From a virus (lineage: Duplodnaviria > Caudoviricetes), in IMG/VR virus record IMGVR_UViG_3300047481_000568, positions 245 to 64,244 of that record: 64,000 nt of DNA. One strand, written 5' to 3'. Every line of letters starts with the position of its first letter. Position 1 is the first letter of the stretch. Below the pieces are notes generated by a model. The model saw only the letters and a list, made by a program, of their open reading frames with translations, did not search any database and was not told the origin of the DNA. The translations under genes were made by a program, and so were the position numbers. Shown here piece by piece: positions 43,895 to 53,726 of this stretch.

Positions 43895-45439
43895 CTAGAT
43901 AGATGTTGCTGTTGAACCACCAGCAAACTGACTGATGGTAATTACAATAAATTCAGCAGGAGTTTGCAAAGCAACCCCAACTTCAATGTTTACTTGTCCG
44001 TCTTCTACTGTAAGAGCCGTATTGTTTGTTGAGTTACAGACAACGTAAAAAGCCTCGCCAGTATTTATTCCTTTCAAACCTCCGGTGCCCCAAAAGTTAG
44101 TAAGAATTGCCGAAACTTTAACAGTCAAATCTGACCACAAGCGTGCGTCGTTTGGTTCAAACAAAGCAAATGCTGTTGCATCTTTTAGCGTTTGTTTTAG
44201 GAAATTAAGTGAACGGCGAACGGTGATGAACTTATCTGATGTGCCTCGCGCTTGCGTACGAGCACCATTAATAATTACGCCAACTCCAGGAACGACGCTA
44301 AATAGGTTCAACTGTTCTGTTTTATACAAAGAACCTTGTTCTGCTTCAGTGAGAGTTGCAACAAGGCCAAATACGTTGCGCAAATCCAAGCCGTAACCAG
44401 CTGGAGCTTTAGCAACGCCTCGTGCTACCTCTGAGCGAACCATTGCACCAACAACGGCTCCACCTGCAAAGGTATTGCGAATTGCTGCAGCACCGGACTT
44501 TGTTGGGTCGTACATTTTAAGGGCTGGACCATAAACAGCTGCATAGCTAGATTGCGTGTATCCAGCAACTGCTGCTGACAACAAAGATTTGCTTGTTGCG
44601 GTTAGTGGTGTGTCTACTACCAAGAACGAGTTACCACGAGAAATCATTTTGGTAATTCCGTTGTTAACAATTGTAGATGAGGTTTGACCAACTAAGTTGA
44701 AGATTAACGATTGCTGATTGGTGTCATAAGCGTTCAATGCCGTTGCCCAATCGGTTGAGTCAATTGAACCAATGCCATCGCTACCGTTTGCAAAAGTCTT
44801 GGTAACTGTGTATGAAGATGATGTCAATCCAGTAATTGTAAGCTCAGCACCTACTGCAACAGTAGCAACACTTGCTGTCGTTACATAGGAAGAATACAAG
44901 TCAAGAACTGTTGTAATGTATCTGTTGCTTTCAGGGTCAACCGACACTCCAGACCATTCTTCTACTTGAACGCCACTAGATTTTACAGTTACTGTAAACA
45001 AAGTGTTTTTTGTAAATTTTGGAGTTGTTGTAGGTGTGACCAATGTGGTGTCGTCAAAAGTGTAATCAACAGTTAAGTTGTTTCCCCAAACACCAACAGA
45101 TTTGGCTTCAAGTGTCCAAATGTCAGCGGCAGCACCTACAGCTGGTGTTCCTTGAATAGTGCTGGTAGCTTTTACAGCAGAACCGTCTGCTACACGTGTG
45201 ACGTAAGCTGATTGACCACCATTTGCAAAAAAATGGTAAACCGCATAACCAAGGTCGTAAGCATTGTCCAACGCCCCAAACAAACTTGTGTATTGTGCCC
45301 AGCTTGTGATTAACGCTGGTGTAGTTGGTCCGCGTTCAGCCGTACCTACAAAAGCTGCAGCGGTAACGCCTGTATTTGCCTGAATGTTGGTAGTAAACGC
45401 CGCTTCCGAAACGTATACTCCTGGACGCTCATATGCCAT
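43895..45439 (-). CDS. tail sheath protein
   Basis: Y.RPGVYV.E, AAFVG..ERGP, FFANGG, KAPAG, VRR, FEPND..LW, PAEFIVI. Confidence 0.95.
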   Translation of the reverse strand: MAYERPGVYVSEAAFTTNIQANTGVTAAAFVGTAERGPTTPALITSWAQYTSLFGALDNAYDLGYAVYHFFANGGQSAYVTRVADGSAVKATSTIQGTPAVGAAADIWTLEAKSVGVWGNNLTVDYTFDDTTLVTPTTTPKFTKNTLFTVTVKSSGVQVEEWSGVSVDPESNRYITTVLDLYSSYVTTASVATVAVGAELTITGLTSSSYTVTKTFANGSDGIGSIDSTDWATALNAYDTNQQSLIFNLVGQTSSTIVNNGITKMISRGNSFLVVDTPLTATSKSLLSAAVAGYTQSSYAAVYGPALKMYDPTKSGAAAIRNTFAGGAVVGAMVRSEVARGVAKAPAGYGLDLRNVFGLVATLTEAEQGSLYKTEQLNLFSVVPGVGVIINGARTQARGTSDKFITVRRSLNFLKQTLKDATAFALFEPNDARLWSDLTVKVSAILTNFWGTGGLKGINTGEAFYVVCNSTNNTALTVEDGQVNIEVGVALQTPAEFIVITISQFAGGSTATSI

Positions 45440-45474
45440 GATAACTCCTATGTGATTGTGATATGGACGAGATA

Positions 45475-46143
45475 TTACTCATTAAAAACTGTTAGTTGAT
45501 GTTCAATTGTACTATTAATTGTGGACACTGGTTTAACCGTTGTAATAGCGGCGAGGTCATCTGGCGCAATTTCCGATGACATTTTTAAAGTATATACCTT
45601 GCGAAATATACGTTTTCTAAAGCCAGATTCTTGGTCCAAAAGGTCTGCGTTGGTCCAATCCAACAGGTCAAACCTTCTTGCCGTATTATCGGCTTGAATA
45701 GTAATAGAATTGTACCTAAAAGGAACGACTCTTTGCAATAATCTAGACGTTAATTGACGATCATGTAGGGCTGTTCGGCAGTAAGTAGAAACTTGATATA
45801 AAAGGTCTACTGGTATAAACTCTACAGATTGTTTAAATGAGTTTGTTGACCCACCAGTAACGCTGGCGCTAACGCTAGGCCAATAATCAAAATATGCTGG
45901 ATTGTCTGACCACCCACCAGCGTTTCCAGAATAAATAGAAACATCGGAATGTTGTCTGTCTGTTGCGTGCAATACGTCAATAAGTTCAATTGTGATAAAT
46001 GGGTAGTTACGTTCAGTTTCTGATTCTGGGTATCTAAAAAACACGTCTACTTCTCTTAAATTATTACGGTCATCAGATACGGTACAGTTAGAAAAACGCA
46101 ATTTAACAGCTTCGTCCTCGGCTAGTAAAAACCCAGTTTTCAT
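45475..46143 (-). CDS. tail terminator / neck protein
   Basis: YPFITIEL...DLLYQV; immediately before sheath. Confidence 0.65.
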   Translation of the reverse strand: MKTGFLLAEDEAVKLRFSNCTVSDDRNNLREVDVFFRYPESETERNYPFITIELIDVLHATDRQHSDVSIYSGNAGGWSDNPAYFDYWPSVSASVTGGSTNSFKQSVEFIPVDLLYQVSTYCRTALHDRQLTSRLLQRVVPFRYNSITIQADNTARRFDLLDWTNADLLDQESGFRKRIFRKVYTLKMSSEIAPDDLAAITTVKPVSTINSTIEHQLTVFNE

Positions 46144-46541
46144 AGTTTATCGCCTAAGTATTCTTTAATTTTAGTATTAATTTGCTTTCCAAGGGTCTTA
46201 TTAACTGTAAGAACTTCATGTCTCAACAAAGATTTAGCAGGTGGTCCATACTCTAAACTTGCGGCTTTTGCATTTGAGGCGCCCGCTACATTATAGTGAA
46301 ACGACAAGTCTTCAGGGTCCCAATCAATACTGAAATCCTTAGCAATAGATGCCCATTCTTTTTCTTTTTCAGGCAATGATTTTTTAATTCGTTTTTCTTC
46401 TTCAATAATTGCTTCCCCAACAATCCTAGTTAAGTGTTCTTCCATGTTTAAGAAAAGGTCTGCAAGGTAAGTAATTGGAGCGGGACAACCTGCGACAATA
46501 GGGGTAGAGGATGCGTTCGTAGATTTGCCAGTCATTGGCAC
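46140..46541 (-). CDS. neck / tail completion protein
   Basis: LEYG.P..LLR motif; position. Confidence 0.55.
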   Translation of the reverse strand: MPMTGKSTNASSTPIVAGCPAPITYLADLFLNMEEHLTRIVGEAIIEEEKRIKKSLPEKEKEWASIAKDFSIDWDPEDLSFHYNVAGASNAKAASLEYGPPAKSLLRHEVLTVNKTLGKQINTKIKEYLGDKL

Positions 46542-46564
46542 TCCTTTAACCCTAGGCGTTGTAT

Positions 46565-46584
46565 TACTTAGCGCACGCTAAGTA
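46565..46584. promoter_or_regulatory. inverted repeat at the 5' end of a putative late transcript
   Basis: TACTTAGCG-CA-CGCTAAGTA just downstream (minus strand) of TAAACT at 46590-46595. Confidence 0.4.
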
Positions 46585-46595
46585 TTTACAGTTTA

Positions 46596-47126
46596 TCAGG
46601 TAAGGGATGGCAACGTAGAGGGCCATGGAAAATCGTTTACAGTTAATGCTGCAGGACCTGGATCGTTAGGCATTTCATCATTGACATAAACTTCAATTCC
46701 CTCAACAACAACCAATACGTCATCCTTTACACGACCACGAACTCGGTACATAGTAACGCTGTAATACCTAGCATCGTACATAAACATGTCGTTTAGATGT
46801 CGTTGGTATTCGTAAGGTTCGTCAATACCAGCATCACGCATGTCAGCAATAGACATAACGACGTTTACTACCTGCACTGGTTGACGACCTTCTGGGATAG
46901 CCCGTTTTGTGTCTTCAGTTTCAGTAACCATCAGTACTGGAACAATGACCTTGTCTTTGTATTTTTTACCATCTGCACCAGACGGTCCTTCGTCATATAC
47001 ATCGTCATATTCGCTACCCTCAGCTGAAAAGGGAATGAAACTAAACCACGCTATGGTTTCTCCAACTTGTCGGTGGTATTGACGATAATTCTTGCGAATA
47101 TGGGCAAGTTCTCTACGACCATCCAT
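46596..47126 (-). CDS. head-closure / head-to-tail stopper protein
   Basis: DDVYDEG, DMFMYDAR.Y.V; position. Confidence 0.6.
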   Translation of the reverse strand: MDGRRELAHIRKNYRQYHRQVGETIAWFSFIPFSAEGSEYDDVYDEGPSGADGKKYKDKVIVPVLMVTETEDTKRAIPEGRQPVQVVNVVMSIADMRDAGIDEPYEYQRHLNDMFMYDARYYSVTMYRVRGRVKDDVLVVVEGIEVYVNDEMPNDPGPAALTVNDFPWPSTLPSLT

Positions 47127-47129
47127 GGC

Positions 47130-47963
47130 TTATATTCCGTAGATAGCAGACGAGTTTATTGTCGTTCCAGGCTCAATAGTTACAAAAACATCGCTAATTT
47201 GCTTGTCTTCAGGTTCCTCAATGTTGATAACACCGTCTCCAATTTCTGGAAAGAGTCGTTCAATTGGGCCGTACTCTCCAAGTTCCTTGGATTTATAGAT
47301 TGGGACATACCTGTTTGTACTTCTAGATACACGGCGAAGATTCATTATTTCAATTCTTTCAAGACCAATATTTAAAGCCTTGGCTTGTTTCTCGTATGCT
47401 TTTGACCAATAGTCAAGTAGGCTTTGAACCATTCTGAACCGTTGGCTTGCCGGGATATGTACGGACTCTGAGGTAGTAACATCAATGTCTCGGCTGTATT
47501 CAGTAAGCAAACCCCACAGTGCTTCAACAACACAACTCATGCCAATGGTGTCAATAACAATCCCAGACATTTTTTCAAGTGGCAAATCCAAGTTGTAGAC
47601 ATGTTGCTCAATAGCATGGGTTGCGTAAAACTCAAGGTCTGAAGGCAAAACCCATTCATAGTAGTAACCTTCAACCAAGATGTTTGCGCCAGCAGTTGGG
47701 GTTTGATTAAACCGCAAAATGCCATTGCGTGCATCTAGTGAGTAATAAGAACTAGCGGAAGTGCTTGAAGTTATAGTTACTGGGGCGCTGTTTGTGTATG
47801 AAGCAACCCATAAAGAGTCTTTGTCAATATTTGGATTTCCTAATTCGTAAGTTCTACCTACTGCATTAAACGATACTTGAAAAAACTTAGGAAAATCTCT
47901 TAAGAACCCTCTAGCAATTGTTGTAATGGTGTTTACGGAAGCAGGGTCAAATACTGTATGCAT
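47130..47963 (-). CDS. head-to-tail adaptor protein
   Basis: ALW.L..E...DID...E.V.IP.SQRF; position after capsid genes. Confidence 0.65.
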   Translation of the reverse strand: MHTVFDPASVNTITTIARGFLRDFPKFFQVSFNAVGRTYELGNPNIDKDSLWVASYTNSAPVTITSSTSASSYYSLDARNGILRFNQTPTAGANILVEGYYYEWVLPSDLEFYATHAIEQHVYNLDLPLEKMSGIVIDTIGMSCVVEALWGLLTEYSRDIDVTTSESVHIPASQRFRMVQSLLDYWSKAYEKQAKALNIGLERIEIMNLRRVSRSTNRYVPIYKSKELGEYGPIERLFPEIGDGVINIEEPEDKQISDVFVTIEPGTTINSSAIYGI

Positions 47964-47980
47964 GATAACAGTTTACTTTA

Positions 47981-48133
47981 TTATTGATCGCCAGAACCAG
48001 AGCCAGGAACTGTGTCTTGCAACTCTTGGTTCATTGCAGGCTGTTGTTCTCTAAATCGCCCCAAGCTAACGCGGCGAACTCTTGTAATGTCTGCAACAGT
48101 TCCCGTGGGAGTAGGAAGAAGTTCTTCGCTCAC
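47981..48133 (-). CDS. hypothetical protein (50 aa)
   Basis: Read by hand: GTG start, MSEELLPTPTGTVADITRVRR...; GTGA overlap with upstream gene. Confidence 0.6.
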   Translation of the reverse strand: MSEELLPTPTGTVADITRVRRVSLGRFREQQPAMNQELQDTVPGSGSGDQ

Positions 48134-48771
48134 AATCCAACAAGCAAAAATGGATTCAAAGGGACATCAGGAACTACAGTGTACACACCTAAGTTTTGCC
48201 AAGACCCGGATTGTTTTACATATAGAGACGATTGTCCCAATGCTGGTGTAAAACTAGTTCGGATATACAAATCTCCGTCTACGCCAACTGCAGGTGGAAC
48301 TCCAGTTCCGCTTCGTATAATTGTAGAAGTTAGTTTTCGTTTATCTACAACGCTGTTGTTGCCAAAAGTTTCTCCAGACTTTCGGTACAAAGCATAAAGA
48401 ACAATTTGGGTAGAAGCTATTACAGGGAAAATAGGGTTTGTTGCATCTGGAGTACCAACCACAGTATTCAATGAAAATACTCCAGAACTATTTTGGGCAA
48501 CAATTAAATCAAAACGTGGGTCAGCAACAGGGGCTGTAAAGTTTAAAGTAGTTCCGGAAACTTGTCCGTAAACGCCATCAATGATTACTTCACCAGCAGC
48601 AACGATTGCTGATCCGTTGACTGCTGCGTTAAAGGTAGCGGATAGTCCAGAAAGAACCGCATAGCGATTGTTGCCAACAATTTCAAAATCTAATGAATCA
48701 GGTTCTGCTTGGTCTAAACTTTGGATTGATACACCAAATTGATTTGCGTTCGGTACTATAAATCCTGTCAT
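48130..48771 (-). CDS. virion structural / decoration protein
   Basis: Beta-rich; V.AG.V.IDG, PRFDLIV, G.DGDLY; in head module. Confidence 0.6.
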   Translation of the reverse strand: MTGFIVPNANQFGVSIQSLDQAEPDSLDFEIVGNNRYAVLSGLSATFNAAVNGSAIVAAGEVIIDGVYGQVSGTTLNFTAPVADPRFDLIVAQNSSGVFSLNTVVGTPDATNPIFPVIASTQIVLYALYRKSGETFGNNSVVDKRKLTSTIIRSGTGVPPAVGVDGDLYIRTSFTPALGQSSLYVKQSGSWQNLGVYTVVPDVPLNPFLLVGL

Positions 48772-48781
48772 TATTTAAACC

Positions 48782-49033
48782 TCAGAGCGTGTCGTAGATG
48801 TTTCCTGTTTTCTTAAGGTAGTTAAACAGTTCACGAGGAAGCTTGTAACGTTGTCCATCAACAAATGAATAGCTTGACTGGCTCCAAAACATAACCCAAC
48901 TACCTTTGACTCTTGCTGATACCAAGTCGTCTTTAGTGTTTGGATCAAGTACTTCCGCCTCATCACGCTCAATTGCGTACAAACTTTGGTCTTGTTCAAC
49001 AAATTCTTTAATTTCTTTTTTAGCACGTGCCAT
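48782..49033 (-). CDS. small head-associated hypothetical protein
   Basis: ORF track; AAAGGA RBS. Confidence 0.75.
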   Translation of the reverse strand: MARAKKEIKEFVEQDQSLYAIERDEAEVLDPNTKDDLVSARVKGSWVMFWSQSSYSFVDGQRYKLPRELFNYLKKTGNIYDTL

Positions 49034-49057
49034 TTTATGGTTCCTTTTTGTGTAGTT

Positions 49058-49088
49058 AAGAATAAAGTGGGGGTATTAACCCCCACTT
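49058..49088 (-). terminator. intrinsic terminator after major capsid gene
   Basis: AAGTGGGGGT-TAAT-ACCCCCACTT stem followed by TATTCTT. Confidence 0.7.
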
Positions 49089-49103
49089 ACATCTTAGAGA
49101 TAA

Positions 49104-50189
49104 TTACGAAGCGCCGATTGCGCCACCCTTGGTGTTAAGTACAACACGGGATTCTCCAGTGATCATACCGAAGCCCCAAATTGCGTACCAAGCAAGACCA
49201 TGCTCACGACCAAAGTCAATGACACCACCGTCACGAAGTTCTACTGGCAATGCAATAGCGTGACCGAAAGCGTTGTCACCAATCATGATGGCGCTGTATG
49301 AAGATGCTGTTGGTGCTTGGTTGCCAGTCGTGCCCGACACAAGGTCTGCAGGACCGCCACCTTGAGCAACTTGAGTTGTCTCAATGAATACTACGTCGTA
49401 GATACGACCAATTTCACCGAGCATGAAGTTGCCTGGAGCAGCATATTTTGTTACTTCAATGAATTCTGGCCAGTCACGAAGCGCACGGCTTTGTGATGGG
49501 TGAACGAAGCACACGTATGTGTCACCAAGACGTGGGATGTTCTGACCAGCAAGAATTTCAACTGCATCTTTAATTGTTGCAGGTGAGAGGTAGCCAGGAT
49601 CGTTGTACGTACCAGCTGCCGAGTACTCGTAAGGAGCAATTGAACCACGTGTTGAACCATTGGTTTTGCGACCAAAGACAACGCTTGGTGGAACTGCTGC
49701 GCCACCACCAAACGGAACAGCGTTCTGATAGAGCGTGTTACGTGCTTGGATGTCCATTGACTGTGCCATGTGACGACCAAGCAAACGGCTTGATGAAGCC
49801 ATTACGTCGTCAAATGATGCGTTAAGCAACAGTTCGGTTACGGCAAGAGCTTGGCCTTGTTCGCCAACTGTGATTTGAATCTGCGATGCTGACAAAGCTA
49901 CTGGCTCAAGACGAACACCTTCAGTAAGGGTCGCGCCGTTTGTCTCGTCAACACCAAGATTGGTGTAACGCATGAAGTTGATTGTCAAACCAGGCATTAC
50001 ACCAAGTTCGGTCTTCTTCACTGCGAATTGTTCAAAACGAAGAACAGGCATTGCTTGGAACAAAATTTCTTTTGACCAAATCTGTTGAATCGCTGGTGAG
50101 AGTGTTGCATCACTTGAGTAACCAGTTGTGCTTACCGAAGTAAGACCTGCACCCGTAATTGCGCCACCCTGTGGGCCTGGAATTGCCAT
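49104..50189 (-). CDS. major capsid protein (N4-gp56-like, HK97 fold)
   Basis: WSKEILFQAMP.LRFEQFA, G.TINF.RY, L.EGV, VHP.Q...LR, GEIGR.Y.V.F.ET, DFGR. Confidence 0.93.
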   Translation of the reverse strand: MAIPGPQGGAITGAGLTSVSTTGYSSDATLSPAIQQIWSKEILFQAMPVLRFEQFAVKKTELGVMPGLTINFMRYTNLGVDETNGATLTEGVRLEPVALSASQIQITVGEQGQALAVTELLLNASFDDVMASSSRLLGRHMAQSMDIQARNTLYQNAVPFGGGAAVPPSVVFGRKTNGSTRGSIAPYEYSAAGTYNDPGYLSPATIKDAVEILAGQNIPRLGDTYVCFVHPSQSRALRDWPEFIEVTKYAAPGNFMLGEIGRIYDVVFIETTQVAQGGGPADLVSGTTGNQAPTASSYSAIMIGDNAFGHAIALPVELRDGGVIDFGREHGLAWYAIWGFGMITGESRVVLNTKGGAIGAS

Positions 50190-50225
50190 AATTTATCTCC
50201 TAAATTTCATGTTGAATATTGGACC

Positions 50226-51029
50226 TTAAAAACGACCTTTATTGGATCGTGAACTTAATAGCCTGTCTCTCATTTTAACATACTGGTCCATTGTCATGTT
50301 TCGGATATCATCCGAGTTCAACGTTTGGTATTCCTGTTGGTTTTCCATTGGTCCAGACACTGGCGAAGTAACCGATACGCCTTTAAGTTGGCGTGGTTGC
50401 GTCGCTTGTTGGACACTTTGAAGTATAGCAGCACTGCGTTGGCGCAAAATATCTACTGAAGCGTCTACCTCTTCAATAGTGTTACCAGCAACAAGATCAA
50501 TCAATTCTGGAATGATGTTTTCTTGTTCCTCGTGAAGCTTTCGCTGACGGTAGGCTTCTAATTCACGCAATTCGCGCTCTTTATCAAGCAATGCTTGTTG
50601 AGACTTGCGATCCTCTTCAATTGCTGCAAACCGAGCTTGCCATTCAGCATCAATGTTTTTAATCTTGATGTTAAACTCATCCTCAGTTTTTGCCAACAAT
50701 TGCTTAGATGTAAGTTCTTCAAACTCACGTTGTTTGCGAACTTCTTCCTCAGCACGAGCCGTTTCTTCAGCTTTTTTAATAGCTGCTTCACGATCCTGTG
50801 CAAGGACTTTGAGTTGCTCTTCCATTGCCTTTGCTCGTGCATCGGCTTCTTCAAGCCGCTTGTACATCTTGTCTTTTTCCTGCTTACGGATGTTTTCAAC
50901 ATCTGTCTCAGAAAAGGTTTTACCCGTTGGGGTAACTTGATTACTTGGGGCTACTTGTTGAGCCGCCTCATTAAACGCATCAACTGCAATTGCAGGGATG
51001 GTGATTTCATCTGTCTCTCGCTTTGCCAT
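50226..51029 (-). CDS. capsid scaffolding protein
   Basis: Coiled coil between portal and capsid; C-terminal I..M.M..Y...R..L. Confidence 0.8.
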   Translation of the reverse strand: MAKRETDEITIPAIAVDAFNEAAQQVAPSNQVTPTGKTFSETDVENIRKQEKDKMYKRLEEADARAKAMEEQLKVLAQDREAAIKKAEETARAEEEVRKQREFEELTSKQLLAKTEDEFNIKIKNIDAEWQARFAAIEEDRKSQQALLDKERELRELEAYRQRKLHEEQENIIPELIDLVAGNTIEEVDASVDILRQRSAAILQSVQQATQPRQLKGVSVTSPVSGPMENQQEYQTLNSDDIRNMTMDQYVKMRDRLLSSRSNKGRF

Positions 51030-51080
51030 AATTTTCTCCTATGTTTTGTTTAGCGAATATTTACTGATGTAGTTAACGAA

Positions 51081-52775
51081 TTATTTGTCTTCATCAGGAA
51101 TACGACGCTGTGCAAACCTTGCGCCATATGCCCGACTAGTCATTTTATTAATTAGATCTTCCTCAATTGGTGGAATACCACCAACACCTGGAAGCGGTCC
51201 GCCCGTTCCCGAACTTCCCGCACTAGATACATTAGCACCTCCAGCAGAAGTCGTTTGCATGCCAGATGCGTCAGGCAATAGGCCTGTAGCAAGCATTACT
51301 GCTTGACCAATCTGTGCACGTACCATATCAAGTGCACCTTGGTCAATTGCGTCGTCCATAAGTTCGTCAAAGATTTCAATCATCTTTTCGTTCGGGAATT
51401 CTTCGCCTAGTGAACGAAGAGCACCTTTTTTAGACTCAATGCCCAATGCCATTTTTGCTTGTGCTTCGTTGAGTTTAATAAGAGCATCAACAGGAAGTGG
51501 TTCTGGCCAATGAATTGTTGTCTTGTAGGTATTTGGGTCCATCGGATCTAACTGTGTTAGTTGATCTGCTTCCGGCATTGCCGATTGTGATGGGTCGTAT
51601 ACCAAAAGTTCTGGCATAAATACTGATGCTGTTCTGATGATAATTTCATTAAGTTTTTCTAAACCGTTAGTGAAGTGCACTTTTTTCATTTGATAACGGT
51701 TCATCAAAGGTTGATATTGAATTGCTAGAGCAACGCCAGAAGTGTTGGATACTGGTTGAAATTGTCCTAGTGCCGTTTCTGGAACACCAGTAATTTCATG
51801 CATTGCTCGTTTAATCAATTGAATGTATTCAAGTGCTCCAGCCATTTCTCCACGAGATTCAAGGTTAAATACTTGTGCATCTTTTGGAAGACCAGCCCAA
51901 ACTTTCTTTGGACCTCGCTCAAGTTGACTTGCTTTTGCACCAGTAATAATTGTTACTGGAGCAGCATGGTAATTGATGATGTCTGAAACTTCAGTCATCT
52001 TTTCGTTAAGTTCACGGTTTAATTGAATTACATCCCAAATGTCTGATTGACCCCAAGGTGACGAAGTAATCGTTATGTTTGGGATGTGGACAATAGGGAC
52101 GGTACCAATGGGGTTTGGATACGAATCAATTAGTTCGTCGTTTACGTATTGCTGAACTAGTTCATCAGTAAGTATTTCCGTAAAGGTATAAACCTGACGA
52201 GTACCTTCTGGAGATGTGCCCCAAAACCGATACTTAAGTTTGAAACGCAACAAGCGTTCACGATCATGTGGATGATATTCAGGAAAACAGTGCGCTGGGT
52301 TAAGAGGCAAAATACGAACACGACCTGGACGAACAACACCAGCACCGTCTGTATATGGTTCATCATACGCAACTTTTACAAAACAATCTCCAGTAACACT
52401 GGCTAATTGCCCCATCTGCCAAAGCAAATAATGTTTGTTGTTTTGGTTATCCCAAATTTCGTGAAGAAGTCGTGGAATAATTGCTTGGTTTTGTTCAGGA
52501 ACTTTAAATTGAATTCCCTTACCAAAACAAAAGTTGGTGATGAAGTCCGACATTGTTCGGACATAATTCATGGTGATGTTGTTGTCGCCCATTTCGCGAC
52601 GGTATGACCAATGGTGTCCTAAGTACCAAGCCCATGCAGCAGAGTAGCGGTTAAGGCGTGGGCCGTGAACTTCAAACTCTTCGTCGGCAAGTTCAACTAA
52701 TCCTAAAGGGCTGATAGCAACTGTTAGATCGCTAGATGCAGCCCTATAAGACGGAGACCAAAAATCAATAGGCAT
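51081..52775 (-). CDS. portal protein (SPP1 gp6-like)
   Basis: NYVR...D, VTGD.FV, G.VPIVHIPN, WG.SDI, SNTSGVAL.IQYQPL. Confidence 0.9.
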   Translation of the reverse strand: MPIDFWSPSYRAASSDLTVAISPLGLVELADEEFEVHGPRLNRYSAAWAWYLGHHWSYRREMGDNNITMNYVRTMSDFITNFCFGKGIQFKVPEQNQAIIPRLLHEIWDNQNNKHYLLWQMGQLASVTGDCFVKVAYDEPYTDGAGVVRPGRVRILPLNPAHCFPEYHPHDRERLLRFKLKYRFWGTSPEGTRQVYTFTEILTDELVQQYVNDELIDSYPNPIGTVPIVHIPNITITSSPWGQSDIWDVIQLNRELNEKMTEVSDIINYHAAPVTIITGAKASQLERGPKKVWAGLPKDAQVFNLESRGEMAGALEYIQLIKRAMHEITGVPETALGQFQPVSNTSGVALAIQYQPLMNRYQMKKVHFTNGLEKLNEIIIRTASVFMPELLVYDPSQSAMPEADQLTQLDPMDPNTYKTTIHWPEPLPVDALIKLNEAQAKMALGIESKKGALRSLGEEFPNEKMIEIFDELMDDAIDQGALDMVRAQIGQAVMLATGLLPDASGMQTTSAGGANVSSAGSSGTGGPLPGVGGIPPIEEDLINKMTSRAYGARFAQRRIPDEDK

Positions 52776-52805
52776 TTAAAACCTCTTTAAGAAAGTAATA
52801 AGATA

Positions 52806-53057
52806 TTACTTCTTTTTTGCTGGGGCTTTTTTGGCAACAGGTTTTGCTGGGGCTGCGGCTACGGCTTTAGTAGCCAAGTCAATCAGCATAGTTGTGTTTT
52901 TGTCACCAATTTTGGTTGAAACAAATGACAGAGCAAGGGCTGCTACTGGAACACAGGCGGCTACTACCTCTGCTGAAACGTCGTATTTTGTGCCGACATA
53001 TGTCAACAAGCCTAGCAAGGCTCCTTTTGCTGTTGCGTCTACATGAGCTGTTTTCAT
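52806..53057 (-). CDS. small two-TM protein with basic tail (holin-like)
   Basis: Two hydrophobic segments, K/A-rich tail; AAGGAG RBS. Confidence 0.6.
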   Translation of the reverse strand: MKTAHVDATAKGALLGLLTYVGTKYDVSAEVVAACVPVAALALSFVSTKIGDKNTTMLIDLATKAVAAAPAKPVAKKAPAKKK

Positions 53058-53085
53058 GGTATTACTCCTTTTGTTGGTTTGTTAA

Positions 53086-53721
53086 TTATACAGGTTTACG
53101 CGATTTACTGCGTACTTCGTATTCTTGCACAAAGGTGTGGTATGGCGCACCCGTGTAAGGGTCAAACTTAGCAGAGATTGCTATGGCTTTTATAGCGTTG
53201 GCTTTTGCTTGAATAACAGTTTGTTTTTTGTTATGTACTAAAGCCTGTAATGCCCCAAGAGCGTATGATGATCCAGTGCCAATTGCGTATAACCCAGTAA
53301 AGTCCGAATACCACGAATAATCTCCATCAATTAAATACAATGTTCCATTGATTGACAAAAGAATAGTTGACCCTTGTTCAGCCATGTGTTCTTTATCGTC
53401 ACGGTCAGGAACTGAATATCCTTGAGAATCAAAGCATTCTCGTAATGCCGGAATGAATTTACTGGTAATAAATTGATCTAGTTTTTTACCTCTGGTGTTT
53501 GGAGTTGGCGTTGGTGGTTGGAATACATGTTGAAGAATGTTAATTGCTCTAAGGTCACCAGCAGTTGCTAATAGGTATTTTCCATTGACGGCCACTTTTC
53601 CAGATCCTTCACGCAAAGTTCCTATCTGTGAAATCAACCCATCAGAGTAAGAATCACTAATACGAGAATCAGCACAAATTACTGAAAACCCATCTCCTTG
53701 AATAGCAATAATTGTTGTCAT
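53086..53721 (-). CDS. HslV / proteasome beta-subunit-like Ntn hydrolase
   Basis: MTTIIAI...ADSR, GKV, AGD, YAIGTGS.YALGAL, A.KFD.YTG; start refined so that Thr follows Met. Confidence 0.85.
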   Translation of the reverse strand: MTTIIAIQGDGFSVICADSRISDSYSDGLISQIGTLREGSGKVAVNGKYLLATAGDLRAINILQHVFQPPTPTPNTRGKKLDQFITSKFIPALRECFDSQGYSVPDRDDKEHMAEQGSTILLSINGTLYLIDGDYSWYSDFTGLYAIGTGSSYALGALQALVHNKKQTVIQAKANAIKAIAISAKFDPYTGAPYHTFVQEYEVRSKSRKPV

Positions 53722-53726
53722 GTATG

